Assembly (NCBI RefSeq): GCF_006345805.1
Contig: NC_043001.1
Location: 29,574,001 to 29,638,000 of the forward strand
DNA: 64,000 nucleotides
Direction: 5' to 3'
Origin: Octopus sinensis
Lineage: Eukaryota
The position numbers and the translations under genes are program-made. The notes below the pieces were generated by a model. The model ran no database searches and was not told where the DNA came from. It saw nothing but the letters and a program-made list of their open reading frames with translations. Shown here one piece after another: positions 1 to 64,000 of this stretch; the first letter of the stretch is position 1, and each line of letters opens with the position of its first letter.

Positions 1-261
1 GAAAGTGTAATTAACACTAGAGACTTTCCTCTACCTAGATAAGTAATTTTCAAATGCTTAAATTCAATAAGCATGCCTATAAATAATTGAGTCTGCCTTT
101 ACATATTTACGTGTTGCAAAATATCCACTGGCCTATGGCAACAATCCTGTCTAACAAACTGTGCTTGAAAACATTTTGTCTAGATATATTATTTTCCAAT
201 GGATTCCATAGAAAATCAGTATTTCTTTTTCATCTTCTTCTTCTTCTTCCTATGCCTCATC

Positions 262-502
262 ATCATCAACGAAGAAGATGAAGAAGACGAAGAAGAAGAC
301 GAAGAAGACGAAAAAGAAGAAGAAGGAGGAGGAGGAGGAGGAGGAGAAGAAGAAGAAGGAGGAGGAGGAGGGGTAAGAGAAGGAGGAGAAGAAGAAGAAG
401 AAGGAGAAGGAGGAGGAGGAGGAGAAGAAGAAGAAGAAGAAGACAAAGAAGAAGAAGAAGAAGAAGAAGAAGAAGAAGAAGAAGAAGAAGAAGAAGAAGA
501 CG
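262..502 (+). repeat. Compound (GAA)n/(GGA)n/(GAC) purine-rich trinucleotide repeat
   Basis: Direct reading. Confidence 0.97.
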
Positions 503-671
503 ACAACTCAACACATGAAGCAGCAGTTTAATAATTTATCAAACTCGACAATTTAATTTCAACAATCAAATGTTTAGATTATTCTAATGATAACAATAAC
601 GACTTGTTGATTATAGCATTCTATCATAAATATTGAGACTGAGATTAAATAATTAAATAAGAACTATTTAC

Positions 672-63195
<62,524 letters not shown>

Positions 63196-63689
63196 CTGCA
63201 AAACACGTGAGAGAAAAAAAGAATTAATTAAAAGTCATTAAAATCTTTACATTCTATCTATCTGTCTACCTACCTATTTATATACATGTACACACACATA
63301 CACGCACACACACATATATGTATGTGCACATGTATGTATGTATGTATGTATGTATGTATGTATGTATGTATATATTATATTAGTTCGCCTGTCATTGTTG
63401 ACAATGACCAAAGATATTACATGGGAGAAGAATTGAGTCATGGTGAGTTTAACTATGGCCAATCAGTTTTAAGTATGCTCCATAAAATACTGTTTTGCTT
63501 GTAGGAGGTGGCACCTCAAATGGTTCAGCTTCACTTGGCAGGACAGTTTTGTGTTTGCATTTCCCAATACACACACATGCACACACAAACACATACATAC
63601 ATATATACATATATGTGTGTGTATGTGTGTGTGTGTGTGTGTGTATGTATGCATATATGTATGTATATATATGCATGTATGGTCACTTT

Positions 63690-64000
63690 CGAATGCTACT
63701 GGTAACATGTAACCCAGTACAACCTGTTGCATGGCCAGGTCATCGGTGACTAAACCGGCAACCCCACCAAGCTTGCTTGGTGAGGAGGGTGTTTATTGGA
63801 CACCCTGCGGGATGAAAAACAAAACACGTCAAAGGGTGGAGGAACTCTTGAGAGTCAACGGCCATCCAATAAATGTCTTAAGGCTGTATCATGCGCGGGG
63901 ACATAGAAATAATCAGACTGAATACCCGATCGAGCAGTTAAACCATTGGGAGTGAAGGACTCCTAGCCTTTGTTAGGGCATCCTTCTAGGAGAAGGTAAC
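63690..64000 (+). mobile_element. Probable 5' region of an RTE-type LINE, running off the window
   Basis: GC-richer block ending gggcatccttctaggagaaggtaac, resembling RTE 5' UTRs; no ORF visible. Confidence 0.4.

Noticed and set aside
199-531. Poly-Glu/Gly ORF and its antisense poly-Ser/Pro/Leu ORFs
   Set aside because: Translations of a trinucleotide microsatellite with no supporting splice context.

Overview
Repeat-rich eukaryotic genomic DNA, most likely from a cephalopod (Octopus-like; judged by eye from the SINE families and microsatellite density, not from a database search). The window lies wholly inside one large minus-strand gene. I traced 28 GT-AG exons (63195 down to 672), all phase 0, that splice into an uninterrupted ~1489-aa frame encoding about 14 cadherin (EC) repeats. 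No start codon, transmembrane segment or stop is in the window. Each repeat is split between a 180-192 nt 'A' exon and a 123-153 nt 'B' exon. The repeats alternate in a two-domain higher-order pattern and keep only the site-3 subset of the canonical Ca2+ ligands. The introns hold two inverted copies of a young CR1/L2-type LINE, further CR1, RTE, RLE-type LINE and Helitron fragments, many SINEs (some with internal tandem arrays), mariner, hAT and piggyBac-type MITEs, kilobase (TA)n fields, a degenerate hammerhead-like motif, several near-perfect inverted repeats, and a 100-N gap flanked by a ~1 kb duplication. Exon coordinates were read base by base; repeat boundaries are approximate.
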